DNA of 63,819 nt, filler included, from an uncultured archaeon (GCA_964442255.1; 9 parts of 9 records of this genome joined end to end with filler, not necessarily neighbours in it); one strand, 5' to 3'. Shown: positions 46,104-56,356, numbered from the whole stretch's first letter. Numbers and translations are program-made. The notes: generated by a model not told the origin, from the sequence alone.

Positions 46104-47834
46104 ATGGGTGGCTGGGGGAGCCAAGTGCTGGAAATCTTATTGCTACTGCTAATACTATTTGTTCCCGGCTTTATCGCAACAAGAAACCTAAAGCTTGAGT
46201 TCTGGGAGAGGACAATCTATGCCGTCATACTTTCTTTAGGGATTTCTTCTTTCACTTTATACCTCCTTTCATTTTTTACCAGAGTATCCCCTTTAATAAT
46301 TTGGGCCTACGTAGCCTGTTTAGTTTCACTGCTTTTTGCCTGCAGGAAAAACATTCAAGAATATGTCAAAACATTTGACAAAGAGGGGCTGAAGAACCGG
46401 GATCCTTTCTTTTGGGCGGTTTTCTTGCCCATGATTTCGATAGTCGTTTTTGCTGCGTACACTGTCAGTAATGGCCCTCCGTTATATCCCGATGAGTACA
46501 CTTATCACCTCCCCATAATAAATGAGTTTGCGGAAAACGGGCAAATAAGCACATTTGAAAACCCAATCAATGCATACCAGCATATATCAAACCAGCTGCC
46601 CTTCCTGTTTGAATCATTTGCAGGCTTTCTCAAGATGTTCTTTTTGAAGCCCTTCTGGAAATTTTTGAGCCCACTAGCCATGCTTCTTGCTGGCGGAGCC
46701 CTATACTACACAACAAAATCGGTAAGCCAAAGGACCTTGTTGCCCCCAATATTCTGGATTTTGAGCCCAATAGTGTTAATCTTTGGGTTGGGATACTTGG
46801 TTGATGTTTTCCTCTCCTTTGCCTTTTTTTGCTCGGTTTTATTCCTGTCTAAGAATTTTGAAACAAAAGAGCATAGATATATTTACTTCGCAGGATTCTT
46901 TGCAGGCATAACAATCCTTACAAAATTGATGGGGGGGGTTTTAGCCCTTATTTTGCTCCTTTTTTTAGTCGCTGAAAAAAGATATCCGCAGAGTCTAAAG
47001 TTTTTTGCGGCAACATTCCTCACCTCGCTAATATTTTTTACCAAAAAAGTCTTAGTTGAGCCAAGTATTTCTTCACTTACCCTCCAAGAGAACTTTGAGG
47101 TTTATGGGTTTTTAATTAAGCTTACTGAGGCTTTAGGTCAGCTGCCTGTCCTGTTCTTATCAAGATTATACCTTATGCCAATTATTTTGGGTTTAATCCC
47201 CTTAAGCCTTTGGCTAAGAAAAAAAGGCCTAAAGAGAATTCAAGTCCTGTGTTACATTGGGTTCTGGGTTTTTGTTCTCATAGTAAGCGCCGTTCCAGGA
47301 ACACGAACAGAGGGCGCGTTCCCACGCTATTTTATACCTATTTTGGGCTTGTTTTCATTGGCTGCGGGGATAACCTTTGAAACCATATTGGAAAAAATAA
47401 AAAAAAGAAAAAAAAAGGTTCTTGCCGGATTACTCCTAATCTTTCTTTTATTTTCCCTCACCACTTATTCTGGCTTAGCATTAAATATTTTTAGAATGCA
47501 AGAAGAGACGGAAGAAAAGTACGGTCTCTTTTCAAAAAATATTCCAAACGACTCCTCAAGCTTAGTTTTGGTCTTAAACGGCAGGGGATTTATTTATGGA
47601 TTGGAAAAAGTAACCTACTATGATCACCTAAGTTCCTTAGAGTATTACCGCCCCGCATGCGATTTCCTAAGAGAAAATAAAATAAGCCACGTGGTATACC
47701 ACCACCCCCACACAATGCCTTGGAGTGTGCCAAAGGAATTTGGAGAGGATTTAAAGCAGGCGCTAGACAAAAACGTCTGCAGCCAGCCAGTGGGCAGCTA
47801 CTCCACCTGGGTAACCATATACAAAGTAATTTAG
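46104..47834 (+). CDS. GT-C fold (ArnT/PMT-like) membrane glycosyltransferase
   Basis: DEYTYHLP, many TM helices, LTK, RYFIP. Confidence 0.7.
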   Translation: MGGWGSQVLEILLLLLILFVPGFIATRNLKLEFWERTIYAVILSLGISSFTLYLLSFFTRVSPLIIWAYVACLVSLLFACRKNIQEYVKTFDKEGLKNRDPFFWAVFLPMISIVVFAAYTVSNGPPLYPDEYTYHLPIINEFAENGQISTFENPINAYQHISNQLPFLFESFAGFLKMFFLKPFWKFLSPLAMLLAGGALYYTTKSVSQRTLLPPIFWILSPIVLIFGLGYLVDVFLSFAFFCSVLFLSKNFETKEHRYIYFAGFFAGITILTKLMGGVLALILLLFLVAEKRYPQSLKFFAATFLTSLIFFTKKVLVEPSISSLTLQENFEVYGFLIKLTEALGQLPVLFLSRLYLMPIILGLIPLSLWLRKKGLKRIQVLCYIGFWVFVLIVSAVPGTRTEGAFPRYFIPILGLFSLAAGITFETILEKIKKRKKKVLAGLLLIFLLFSLTTYSGLALNIFRMQEETEEKYGLFSKNIPNDSSSLVLVLNGRGFIYGLEKVTYYDHLSSLEYYRPACDFLRENKISHVVYHHPHTMPWSVPKEFGEDLKQALDKNVCSQPVGSYSTWVTIYKVI

Positions 47835-47868
47835 AAAAACCCCAAACTGATAATTTGGATTCACTCAT

Positions 47869-47921
47869 GACATCCTCCCACGGCTAAAGCCGTGGGTTTC
47901 CCTGAATTCGTTGAGGATGTC
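47869..47921. mobile_element. 53-bp IS605-end-like miniature element
   Basis: GACATCCTC/GAGGATGTC inverted ends around CCCACGGCTAAAGCCGTGGG. Confidence 0.65.
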
Positions 47922-48023
47922 NNNNNNNNNNNNNNNNNNNNNNNNNNNNNNNNNNNNNNNNNNNNTTAATTAATTAANNNNNNNNNNNNNNNNNNNNNNN
48001 NNNNNNNNNNNNNNNNNNNNNAT

Positions 48024-48076
48024 GACATCCTTCCACGGCTAAAGCCATGGGTTTCCCTGAATTCGTTGAGGACGTC
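48024..48076. mobile_element. 53-bp IS605-end-like miniature element
   Basis: Three differences from 47869-47921. Confidence 0.65.
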
Positions 48077-48241
48077 TTTTTAAGCCAAAGAAACGCTGGT
48101 TAAGATTCATGAGCAGTAAAGATCCGTTAGTAAACCTCCAAAAACCCGCTGTTGAACTTCATTTAAAGGCACTTACTGCTGCCAGCTACCCAAAGCAAAG
48201 AAGTTTAAATAAGTTGCGTGAACTGATTTTTAGGTGGTTGG

Positions 48242-48493
48242 ATGGCTGAAGAAAAAAAGGTAAAAAAGGAAATGACTTTTGCGCAGGTTTTGGAGAAATG
48301 GCCGAAAACCGGCATGATTATGGCGCAGCACGGCCTGCACTGCATTGGCTGCCATTTTTCCGCGGCAGAAAGCATTGAGCAGGGCGCAAAAGCCCACGGA
48401 ATGAACGAAGAACAGCTGGAAAAAATGCTGGACGACCTGAACAAAGCCGCGGAAGAAGGGGAAAACGCCGGGAAAGAGAATAAAAAAGAGTGA
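48242..48493 (+). CDS. DUF1858 family redox disulfide protein
   Basis: GLHCIGC...ESIEQGAKAHG. Confidence 0.87.
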   Translation: MAEEKKVKKEMTFAQVLEKWPKTGMIMAQHGLHCIGCHFSAAESIEQGAKAHGMNEEQLEKMLDDLNKAAEEGENAGKENKKE

Positions 48494-48515
48494 GGACAAA
48501 CGCCCATTAGTGTAC

Positions 48516-48641
48516 ATTGCTTCGCTTTTTGTGGAAAGGAAAAAGTTAAAAACAAGCGATTGCTTCGCTTTTTGTGGAAAGGAAAAAGTTAAAAACAAGC
48601 GATTGCTTCGCTTTTTGTGGAAAGGAAAAAGTTAAAAACAA
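48516..48641. repeat. 43-bp tandem repeat, about 3 copies
   Basis: ATTGCTTCGCTTTTTGTGGAAAGGAAAAAGTTAAAAACAAGCG at 48516, 48559 and 48602. Confidence 0.9.
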
Positions 48642-48698
48642 ACGGGCACTCATACATACGTTGTTCTTTGGTAGGAGCTATTGGGAGCCGGATAAGAA

Positions 48699-48881
48699 TT
48701 GCCTGAAAGACCGTACATAAACTACGCAAAATGCGGAGGAAACGGAACCTGCATGGAAGTATGCCCTTTAGGCGTTTTCACGAAAGAAAACGGAAAAATA
48801 AGGATTCAAAAGCCTTCGGAATGCATCCAGTGCAGGGCCTGTGAAGTGAGCTGCCCGCAAAAAGCAATTGAAGTGAAATAA
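48699..48881 (+). CDS. 4Fe-4S dicluster ferredoxin
   Basis: CGGNGTCMEVCP and CIQCRACEVSCP. Confidence 0.87.
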   Translation: MPERPYINYAKCGGNGTCMEVCPLGVFTKENGKIRIQKPSECIQCRACEVSCPQKAIEVK

Positions 48882-48886
48882 ATGCT

Positions 48887-49288
48887 TCAATTCCTTTTTT
48901 TCTTTTTTTCCCTGTAATCTTCAATCGCTTTCCTCAATCCCTCCGAAGACAAAACAGAGCAATGCATTTTCACGGGCGGAAGGCCCCCCAGCGCCTTTGC
49001 TATGTCCTTTTTGGATATCTCCAAAGCCTTTTCCAAAGTTTTTCCTTTCGCCATTTCGGTTAAAACAGAGGAAGTGGAGATTGCGGCAATGCAGCCAAAA
49101 GTCTTCACCTTAACGTCCTCCAGAATTTCCTCGCCTTTTTTGTTTTTTCCGACCCTAATGTAAACCCACATAATGTCGCCGCAGGCAGGGTTTCCGACTT
49201 TCCCTATTCCGTCAGGGTTCTTTATTTCCCCGATGTTTTTCGGGTGCCTGAAATAATTCATTACCTTTTTTGAGTAAAGTTCTTTCAT
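48887..49288 (-). CDS. iscU: Fe-S scaffold IscU/NifU
   Basis: GNPACGD, TFGCIAAI, LPPVKMHCS. Confidence 0.93.
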   Translation of the reverse strand: MKELYSKKVMNYFRHPKNIGEIKNPDGIGKVGNPACGDIMWVYIRVGKNKKGEEILEDVKVKTFGCIAAISTSSVLTEMAKGKTLEKALEISKKDIAKALGGLPPVKMHCSVLSSEGLRKAIEDYREKKKKRN

Positions 49289-49298
49289 TTTTTCGCCT

Positions 49299-50513
49299 TC
49301 AATGGCTGTGCCCGTGGCCGTGTGAAACCATTGACTCAATTTCCCCAATGTTTTCCCTGTTCAACGGGCTTATCGCCCTGAGTTTTTTCACTATCGGCGG
49401 CAAAACCTTCAGCACGTAATCAATTTCAGTTTCCGAATTAAACCTTCCAATGGTCAGGCGCAGGGAGCCGTGGGCCTGAACATGCGAAAGCCCGAGCGCA
49501 AGAAGCACATGGCTTGGCTCAAGGGAAGAGACGGAACACGCCGACCCTGTGGAAGCCGCAATTCCCTTAAAATCCAGATGCGTAATCAAACTCTCCCCCT
49601 CAATGAAGTCAAAGGAAACATTCACGTTTCCGGGCAAACGTTTTTCCCTTGAGCCGTTGACCTTCACCCCCTCAATTGAGCCAAGGATTCCGTCAATAAT
49701 TTTTTCCCTCAGCCTTAATTCTTTTTCGGACTGTTTTTTCATTTCATTTACGGACATGTCCAAAGCCTTAGCCAATCCCACCGCCCCGGCAACATTTTCC
49801 GTTCCGCTTCTCCTGTTTTTTTCGTGTCCTCCGCCAACCATTAAGGGCCTGAGCGGTGAGCCTTTTCTCACGTAAAGGAACCCCGCCCCCTTTGGGCCAT
49901 AAAACTTGTGCGCTGCCGCGGAAAGCAAATCCACATTAAGCTTCTCCACATCAACGGGCAGTTTCCCAACTGTCTGCACCGCATCGGTGTGGAAAGTTAT
50001 GCCTTTTTTCCTGCAGATTTTTCCTGTTTCAGCAATCGGCTGGATTGTTCCAATCTCGTTGTTTGCGTGCATAACCGAAACCAAAATTGTTTCATGGGTG
50101 ATTGCGTTTTCAATTTCCTTTGGGTCAACAATTCCTTCCCCTGAAACCGGAACAAAAGTCACATTAAATCCCTCTTTTTCAAGTTGCTCCGCAGTATGCA
50201 GAACGGCGTGGTGCTCGATTTTTGTTGTGACAATGTGCGAGCCTTTTTCTTTAAGCGCGTAAGCCGTTCCCTTTAATGCAAGGTTATCCGACTCCGTGCC
50301 AGAAGAAGTGAAAACAATTTCATTTGGGGACGCGTTCAAATGCTTTGCGACAACTGCACGGGATTTTTCAAGGGCCTCTTTTGCTTTTCTTCCAAATGAA
50401 TGCAGGGAAGAAGGGTTTCCGTACTCTTTCGTGAAGAAAGGCTTCATTGCCTTCAAAACCCGCTTATCGGTTTGAGTTGTGGCCGCATTATCGAGGTAAA
50501 TTTTTTTCTTCAT
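49299..50513 (-). CDS. iscS: cysteine desulfurase
   Basis: YLDNAATT, GNPSS, AHKFYGPKG, STGSAC. Confidence 0.94.
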   Translation of the reverse strand: MKKKIYLDNAATTQTDKRVLKAMKPFFTKEYGNPSSLHSFGRKAKEALEKSRAVVAKHLNASPNEIVFTSSGTESDNLALKGTAYALKEKGSHIVTTKIEHHAVLHTAEQLEKEGFNVTFVPVSGEGIVDPKEIENAITHETILVSVMHANNEIGTIQPIAETGKICRKKGITFHTDAVQTVGKLPVDVEKLNVDLLSAAAHKFYGPKGAGFLYVRKGSPLRPLMVGGGHEKNRRSGTENVAGAVGLAKALDMSVNEMKKQSEKELRLREKIIDGILGSIEGVKVNGSREKRLPGNVNVSFDFIEGESLITHLDFKGIAASTGSACSVSSLEPSHVLLALGLSHVQAHGSLRLTIGRFNSETEIDYVLKVLPPIVKKLRAISPLNRENIGEIESMVSHGHGHSH

Positions 50514-50517
50514 TTTT

Positions 50518-50901
50518 TCACGCACCCGAGCAGACTGTGCAGCCGGCGAAAGGCTTGCTTTGCTCGGAGGAATGCATTGAGCACAGGCGGAGTTCATTTC
50601 TGACTTTTTTGCAGAGTTCGCAGCTTCCGTGAAGGAGTTCCTGCTTTTGGCCTTTTGCGTCCTCTCCCGCCAGCCTTGAGCCAAGTTTGTGTATTGATTT
50701 TTTTTCTTCCTTATTGAATTTAAATGAGTTTCCGCGCCTGGATTTAAGGTACTGGCATACGGCAGCCTGCGTCAAGCCCAAAGCCTCGGCTGTTTTTGCG
50801 CGGGAAAAGCCCTTCTCTTTAACCAGGTAAACGCACAGCTCTTTCCTTATTGCTGGAAGAACAAACCATCCCACCAACTCACAGGGGAATTTTAGGCTCA
50901 A
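50518..50901 (-). CDS. HTH regulator with Cys ligands, upstream of iscSU
   Basis: PCE...LPAIR...LGLTQAAVCQYL...C-terminal Cys/His cluster. Confidence 0.8.
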   Translation of the reverse strand: MSLKFPCELVGWFVLPAIRKELCVYLVKEKGFSRAKTAEALGLTQAAVCQYLKSRRGNSFKFNKEEKKSIHKLGSRLAGEDAKGQKQELLHGSCELCKKVRNELRLCSMHSSEQSKPFAGCTVCSGA

Positions 50902-51100
50902 GGCTCACCACTTTTTAACAATCGTTAAAAAGGTTTTTAAACACGTATGCCCCAATATAATTCCCCGCCGGCAATCATACGGAAACCGAATGAAAAAAGG
51001 GACAGGCCGTTTGGTTTCTGAAATGATACCCGCAAGATAGAAAAAGTTTTTAAACAACGGCGACATTTGTATTTGTGCGGGGGAACTTTTTGGTGAGAAC

Positions 51101-53125
51101 ATGCCTTCAAAAAACAAGCCATTTCCGTCAATTCGAAAACGGGACGGAAGAATAGTCGAATTTGACCGGAAAAAGATTACGGAAGCGATTTTCAAGGCTG
51201 CAAAGGCGGTGGGAGGGGAAGACAGGAAAATTTCTGAAATTCTCTCCCAAAAGGTTGTTGAAGAGCTGAAAAAAAGGGCCGGAAAAAGGGTTCCAACCGT
51301 TGAAGAGGCACAGGACGTAGTTGAAAAGGTCCTGATAGAGGAAGGGCACGCAAAAACAGCGAAATCCTTCATCCTGTACAGGGACAAGCGCGCGGGTTTA
51401 AGGGACGTAAAAAGCTTTCTTGCAAAGGCGGATGAAATAGTCCAAGGCTATTTAATGGAGTTTGACTGGAGAAGCAAGGAAAACAGCAACGCATCCTACT
51501 CCCTTTCCGGGTTGCAGGCCCATGTTTCAGGCGCGGTTTTGGCTGAATACACCCTGAACCACATTTACCCCAAAGAAATAAGCGACTCGCACAGGAACGC
51601 CGACTTCCACATTCACGATTTGGGGATTGGAACGTTTGGGGGTTATTGTGCGGGATGGTCACTGAGACAGCTGATGCTGGAAGGCTTTAACGGAGTGCCG
51701 GGAAGGGTTGCAGCAAAGCCGGCAAAACACTTTAACGCGGCATTGGGGCAAATAGTCAATTTTTTTGGAACACTGCAGAACGAGTGGGCGGGTGCGCAGG
51801 CGTTCAGCTCCTTTGACACTTATCTCGCGCCATTGGTAAGGAAAGACAACCTGAACTACGAAAGGGTAAAGCAAAGCATCCAGGAATTCGTGTTCGCGAT
51901 AAACCAGACCTCACGCTGGGGAAACCAGGTTCCGTTCACCAACCTGACATTCGATTGGGTTGTGCCGGAGGACATGGAAGGGCAAAAAATAATCTACGGC
52001 GGAAGCACGGTAAATGAAACCTACGCGGACTACCAGAAAGAAATGGACCTGATTAACAAGGCATTCATTGAGGTGATGACTGAAGGCGACATGGACGGAA
52101 GAATCTTCACTTTCCCGATTCCAACCTACAACATCACAAGAGACTTTGACTGGAATTCGGAGAACTCCGAACTGTTGTTTGAAATGACCGCAAAATACGG
52201 AATCCCATACTTCCAAAACTTCGTCAACTCCTCGCTTAAGCCCGGGGATGTGAGGAGCATGTGCTGCCGCCTGCAACTGGATGTAAGGGACCTGAAATAC
52301 AAGACAGGCGGATTATTCGGATCCGGGGAGCAGACAGGAAGCATCGGGGTTGTGACGGTAAACATGCCTAAACTCGCCCACACATCCAAAAACGAGGAAG
52401 AATTGTTTGAAAAACTTGAAAGGCTGCTTTACCTTGGAAAAGAATCGCTTGAGATTAAAAGAAAAGAGGTAATGAAAAACATGAACCAGGGTCTCCTCCC
52501 ATACACAAAACGCTATTTGGGCCACCTGAACAACCACTTCGCAACCCTCGGAATAGTTGGAATGAACGAGGCATGCGAAAACTTTTTCGGAAAAAACATT
52601 GCAAGCCCGGAAGGAAAAAGGCTTTCCTCAAAGGTTTTGGATTTTTTCCGGGAAAACTTAACCCAGTTCCAGGAAGAAACCGGGCACATATTCAATTTGG
52701 AGGCAACCCCCGCTGAAGGCACTTCATACAGGCTCGCGAAAATAGACAAAAAACATTTCCCTGAAATCAAGACCGCGGGAACAAAAAACCCTTTTTACAC
52801 GAACTCCACCCACCTTCCCGTGGGATACACGAACGACATTTTTGACGCACTGGACCACCAGGATGAATTGCAGGTAAAGTACACCGGCGGAACGGTTTTG
52901 CACGGCTTCATTGGAGAGCAGATTTCCTCTTCCGGCGGATGCAGGAGACTGGTGAAAAAAATCGCGGAAAATTACAGGCTTCCCTATTACACTGTCACGC
53001 CGACTTTCAGCGTGTGCCCTGTGCACGGCTACATTAAAGGCGAACACCGGGAATGCCCTTTAACGGTTAACGGAGGTAATGAAAATGGAGAAAAAATGCG
53101 GGCAAAAAACCGAAGTATACAGTAG
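51101..53125 (+). CDS. nrdD: class III ribonucleotide reductase with ATP cone, lacking the glycyl-radical C-terminus
   Basis: IRKRDG ATP cone, HIHDL, RSMCCRL, EATPAEG, YTGGT, CPVHG. Confidence 0.93.
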   Translation: MPSKNKPFPSIRKRDGRIVEFDRKKITEAIFKAAKAVGGEDRKISEILSQKVVEELKKRAGKRVPTVEEAQDVVEKVLIEEGHAKTAKSFILYRDKRAGLRDVKSFLAKADEIVQGYLMEFDWRSKENSNASYSLSGLQAHVSGAVLAEYTLNHIYPKEISDSHRNADFHIHDLGIGTFGGYCAGWSLRQLMLEGFNGVPGRVAAKPAKHFNAALGQIVNFFGTLQNEWAGAQAFSSFDTYLAPLVRKDNLNYERVKQSIQEFVFAINQTSRWGNQVPFTNLTFDWVVPEDMEGQKIIYGGSTVNETYADYQKEMDLINKAFIEVMTEGDMDGRIFTFPIPTYNITRDFDWNSENSELLFEMTAKYGIPYFQNFVNSSLKPGDVRSMCCRLQLDVRDLKYKTGGLFGSGEQTGSIGVVTVNMPKLAHTSKNEEELFEKLERLLYLGKESLEIKRKEVMKNMNQGLLPYTKRYLGHLNNHFATLGIVGMNEACENFFGKNIASPEGKRLSSKVLDFFRENLTQFQEETGHIFNLEATPAEGTSYRLAKIDKKHFPEIKTAGTKNPFYTNSTHLPVGYTNDIFDALDHQDELQVKYTGGTVLHGFIGEQISSSGGCRRLVKKIAENYRLPYYTVTPTFSVCPVHGYIKGEHRECPLTVNGGNENGEKMRAKNRSIQ

Positions 53126-53216
53126 GGTTGTGGGATACTTTCGCCCTGTCCAAAACTGGAATGCAGGCAAAAAAGAGGAATTCAGGGAAAGAAAACCCTA
53201 TTCGGTAGAGAATTGA
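53079..53216 (+). CDS. separate NrdD glycyl-radical domain (45 aa; start may be 53085; absent from the ORF track)
   Basis: KCGQKTEVYSRVVGYFRPVQNWNAGKKEEF; GGAGGT SD at 53072-53077. Confidence 0.87.
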   Translation: MKMEKKCGQKTEVYSRVVGYFRPVQNWNAGKKEEFRERKPYSVEN

Positions 53217-53217
53217 C

Positions 53218-53919
53218 ATGAAAATAGGCGGACTCCAGAAAACAACATTGATAGACTTTCCCGGAAAGGTTGCGGCCACGGTTTTCACTGTGGGCTGCAA
53301 TTTCCGGTGCCCTTACTGCTACAACATTTCCCTCGTGAAAGACACGGGCCCAACCCCGGAAATGCCTTTGGAGGAATTCCTTTCCTTTCTGGAGAAAAGG
53401 AAAAAGGTTTTGGACGGCGTCTGCATTACGGGGGGAGAGCCCACACTGCACTCCGATCTCCCAAAACTAATTGACGAAATTAAGTCCCTGGGTTTGGAGG
53501 TAAAGCTTGACACAAACGGCTCAAACCCTGAAATGCTGGGCCAACTCATTAAAGAAAAAAAGCCGGACTACATTGCGATGGACATAAAGGCTCCACTGGA
53601 AAAATACGGTTCAATTTCAAGAGTGCAGTTGGACAAGGAAAAAATAAAAAAAAGCGTTGAGCTCATAAAGAATTCGGGAATTGAATACGAGTTCCGTTCA
53701 ACCGTTGTTCCGGGCCTGTTCACCAAAGAGGACGCGAAAGCAATAGGCGAATGGCTTAAGGGCGCGAAGGCTTTTTTCATCCAGCAGTTCCGCCCAATGG
53801 ATTCAATGCTGGATTCTTCGCTTAAAAAGGTTCTGCCTTTTTCCAGGGAAGAACTGGAAGAATTTAAAAAAACTATGGAGCCCTTTTTTGAAAAAGTGGA
53901 AATCCGCGGAGCGGAATAA
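53218..53919 (+). CDS. nrdG: class III RNR activating enzyme
   Basis: GCNFRCPYC, ITGGEP, KLDTNG. Confidence 0.92.
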   Translation: MKIGGLQKTTLIDFPGKVAATVFTVGCNFRCPYCYNISLVKDTGPTPEMPLEEFLSFLEKRKKVLDGVCITGGEPTLHSDLPKLIDEIKSLGLEVKLDTNGSNPEMLGQLIKEKKPDYIAMDIKAPLEKYGSISRVQLDKEKIKKSVELIKNSGIEYEFRSTVVPGLFTKEDAKAIGEWLKGAKAFFIQQFRPMDSMLDSSLKKVLPFSREELEEFKKTMEPFFEKVEIRGAE

Positions 53920-53964
53920 ACAAAGGATTCCTGGAAAAAAAAGAAAAAAAAGGAGGAATTAAAG

Positions 53965-54159
53965 ATGGAAAAAATTAAAATCACGCAGGAACTGGATAAG
54001 TGCATTGGATGCGGAAGCTGTGCGGCAATCTGCCCGGACAACTGGGAAATGGCTGGAGACAAAAGCAGGCCCAAAAAAACGGAGCTGGATGAGGTGGGCT
54101 GCAACCAGGAAGCAGCGGACAACTGCCCGGTGAGCTGCATCCACATTGAAAAGGCATGA
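53965..54159 (+). CDS. ferredoxin
   Basis: CIGCGSC...CPVSCI. Confidence 0.88.
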   Translation: MEKIKITQELDKCIGCGSCAAICPDNWEMAGDKSRPKKTELDEVGCNQEAADNCPVSCIHIEKA

Positions 54160-54210
54160 CATCCTTCCACGGCTAAAGCAATGGGTTTCCCTGAATTCGT
54201 TGAGGATGTC
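54158..54210. mobile_element. 53-bp IS605-end-like miniature element overlapping the ferredoxin stop codon
   Basis: Homologous to 47869-47921. Confidence 0.65.
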
Positions 54211-54224
54211 TTTTTCCGTTAAAG

Positions 54225-54322
54225 GCGAAGCCGCATGGCGTAAGCCACTTGCCGAAGGCAATTTTTTGATCAAACTTTTTTTTTCAAAAAGTTTGTTTTG
54301 ATGAAACTTTTTTGAAAAGTTT
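54225..54322. repeat. hairpin-module repeat
   Basis: Near-identical to 27365-27462. Confidence 0.8.
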
Positions 54323-54451
54323 TTTGGGAAGAAATCCGCAAACCGCTGCCTNNNNNNNNNNNNNNNNNNNNNNNNNNNNNNNNNNNNNNNNNNNNTTAAT
54401 TAATTAANNNNNNNNNNNNNNNNNNNNNNNNNNNNNNNNNNNNNNNNNNNN

Positions 54452-54888
54452 TCTGGCTTGAAGTTTCCTGCCGTAAAGTAAGTGCAGAGGACGAAGTCAT
54501 AGCTGTGCCTGAAGATTTCGTTTTTGGTTTTTCTGCCTAAATCCACGGCATCAAAATATAGAGCCTTAACCTTGTCTGCAAGCTTTGCTTTGGCTATCTC
54601 TTTCCTGGATTTTTCAACCATTTTTTTGCTGTTGTCAAATCCCACATATACGCCTGTTTTTTCCCATATTGGTTCTTTGCTGAGAAGCAGCGGAAGCCTG
54701 CTTTCCCCCACGCCTATGTCAAGTATTTTCAGTGGCCCTTTGGATTCCAGCGTTTTTTCTCCCAGTATTTTTTTCAGTTCCCTGAATTCCGCCTTTTGGG
54801 ATTCTATAAGGTAAGGAGCCATCCACTTTTCATTCAGCGTGCGGCCAACAATTTTTTCGTTTTCATACATTACAAAAGTTTTTTCCAC
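54452..54888 (-). CDS. SAM-dependent methyltransferase, 3'-truncated
   Basis: ILDIGVG, VGFDNS. Confidence 0.75.
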
Positions 54889-54972
54889 AGATTATTTTTT
54901 CTCCAAAAGGCACAAAAAGATATCCCCCACTGAAAGGAAAAGCTTTTTATTGCTAAACGCGCTTTTTCTGTT

Positions 54973-55995
54973 ATGGCGTTAACAAAGAAAGAAGAGCAGC
55001 TACTTAAACGAATAAAGGTTTACTCCGAAAACGACCCCAATAACCCGGAGTTTCCGCCCGAAAACCCGAAGTTTCCCGCAACCCCGACATACAAGATTGA
55101 GGTTCCAGGTTTTTCAAACGTTTGGCTGAAAGACGAAAGCGTTAACCCGACCGGAACACACAAGGACAGGATGGCCTGGGAAATGGTCGTAACATACAGG
55201 GACATTTTGCTTGCAAAGAAAAGGGGGCAAGTGAAAGGCGCCTTGCCTCAAATGTCAATCATCAGTTCAGGCTCGGCCGCAATAGCCATTCAAAAAAGGC
55301 TGAAAGAATACGGGCTGCCTGACTTAAAGGTTTTGATTGACACCAATGCGGACGAAAAAATGATTAAGGCAATGAAAAAACTCGGCTGCGAAATATTTGA
55401 AGTTGACCTGGGAAAAAAGGCTTTTGAATGGAGAGAAATTCTCCACTTGACCCACAACACCCCCGGCTTTGACATAACTTCCTGCGAAGCCTTGGACCCC
55501 ACGACAAGGTTTTACGACTGGCTGAGCTATGAAATAATCAACATTTCCCCTGATTACTGCTTTATTCCATTCGGCACAGGAAACCTTTACGAAAATGTTT
55601 TGAACATCAACAAGAAAGAGGTTTCCACAGCCCACCATGACCCAAGATTCAGGGGAGACGTTAAAAGGCTCAGAAACTGCCGTTTTTTGGGCGCAACATC
55701 CAACAACCCGAAAAGCAAGGCAGACAAGCTTTATTCCCCGCACCTTCCATTTGTTCACGTTGACGAGCAGTGGATAAGGGTTTACCGTTACTCGGGGTTC
55801 TGCGGAAATGATTCAAATGTTCACCTCCTCAAAGAAAGTTTTCTGGATAAAGCAATTAAACTGGCTGAAGCACAGGGCATAGAGTGCGAGCCGTCGGGAA
55901 TTGCGGGCCTGGCTTTAATGCTGCAAATGAAAAACAAGCTGCCAAAAAACAAGAAAATGCTGGTCGTAAACACAGGAAAAACAAAAATTCCCTGA
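54973..55995 (+). CDS. PLP-dependent fold-type II enzyme (threonine synthase-like)
   Basis: LKDESVNPTGTHKDR, SSGSA, PFGTGN, CEPSG, NTG. Confidence 0.8.
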   Translation: MALTKKEEQLLKRIKVYSENDPNNPEFPPENPKFPATPTYKIEVPGFSNVWLKDESVNPTGTHKDRMAWEMVVTYRDILLAKKRGQVKGALPQMSIISSGSAAIAIQKRLKEYGLPDLKVLIDTNADEKMIKAMKKLGCEIFEVDLGKKAFEWREILHLTHNTPGFDITSCEALDPTTRFYDWLSYEIINISPDYCFIPFGTGNLYENVLNINKKEVSTAHHDPRFRGDVKRLRNCRFLGATSNNPKSKADKLYSPHLPFVHVDEQWIRVYRYSGFCGNDSNVHLLKESFLDKAIKLAEAQGIECEPSGIAGLALMLQMKNKLPKNKKMLVVNTGKTKIP

Positions 55996-56035
55996 TTGAA
56001 AAAAAAATGGCTGCCCCAAGAAGATCTGAACCGCT

Positions 56036-56356
56036 TTAAGCCCCCACTGTTACCGCTGTTTTCATGGCTTCCTTTACCGTCCCGGTTTGCCTGCTTTTTT
56101 CCTTAAACTCTTTCGGGGTGTAGCAGAATATTTCCAGTGGCGCGGTTTCAGTCCAGTAGTCATACATTTTTTCGGTTCGCCTGAAAAAATTCGTTCCCTC
56201 AAACGCCTTGCTCACAACTAGCACATCAAAATCGGATTCCAGCAACGCGTTGCCTTTTGCGCGGGAACCAAACAAAAACACTTTGGCGTCAGGGAAATCC
56301 GCCTTAAGCCTTTCCGCGAATTCCTTCACTTTTTCTGAATCTGTTTTTCCGCCCAT
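56036..56356 (-). CDS. minimal nucleotidyltransferase (MNT) antitoxin
   Basis: LFGSRAKG...SDFDVLVVS. Confidence 0.88.
   Translation of the reverse strand: MGGKTDSEKVKEFAERLKADFPDAKVFLFGSRAKGNALLESDFDVLVVSKAFEGTNFFRRTEKMYDYWTETAPLEIFCYTPKEFKEKSRQTGTVKEAMKTAVTVGA

Noticed and set aside
48516..48641. 43-bp repeats as a CRISPR array
   Set aside because: Head-to-tail with no spacers.
50514..50684. N-terminal extension of IscS in the ORF track (likewise IscU 49289-49348)
   Set aside because: Overlaps the upstream gene; homology starts at MKKKIYLDNAAT and MKELYS respectively.
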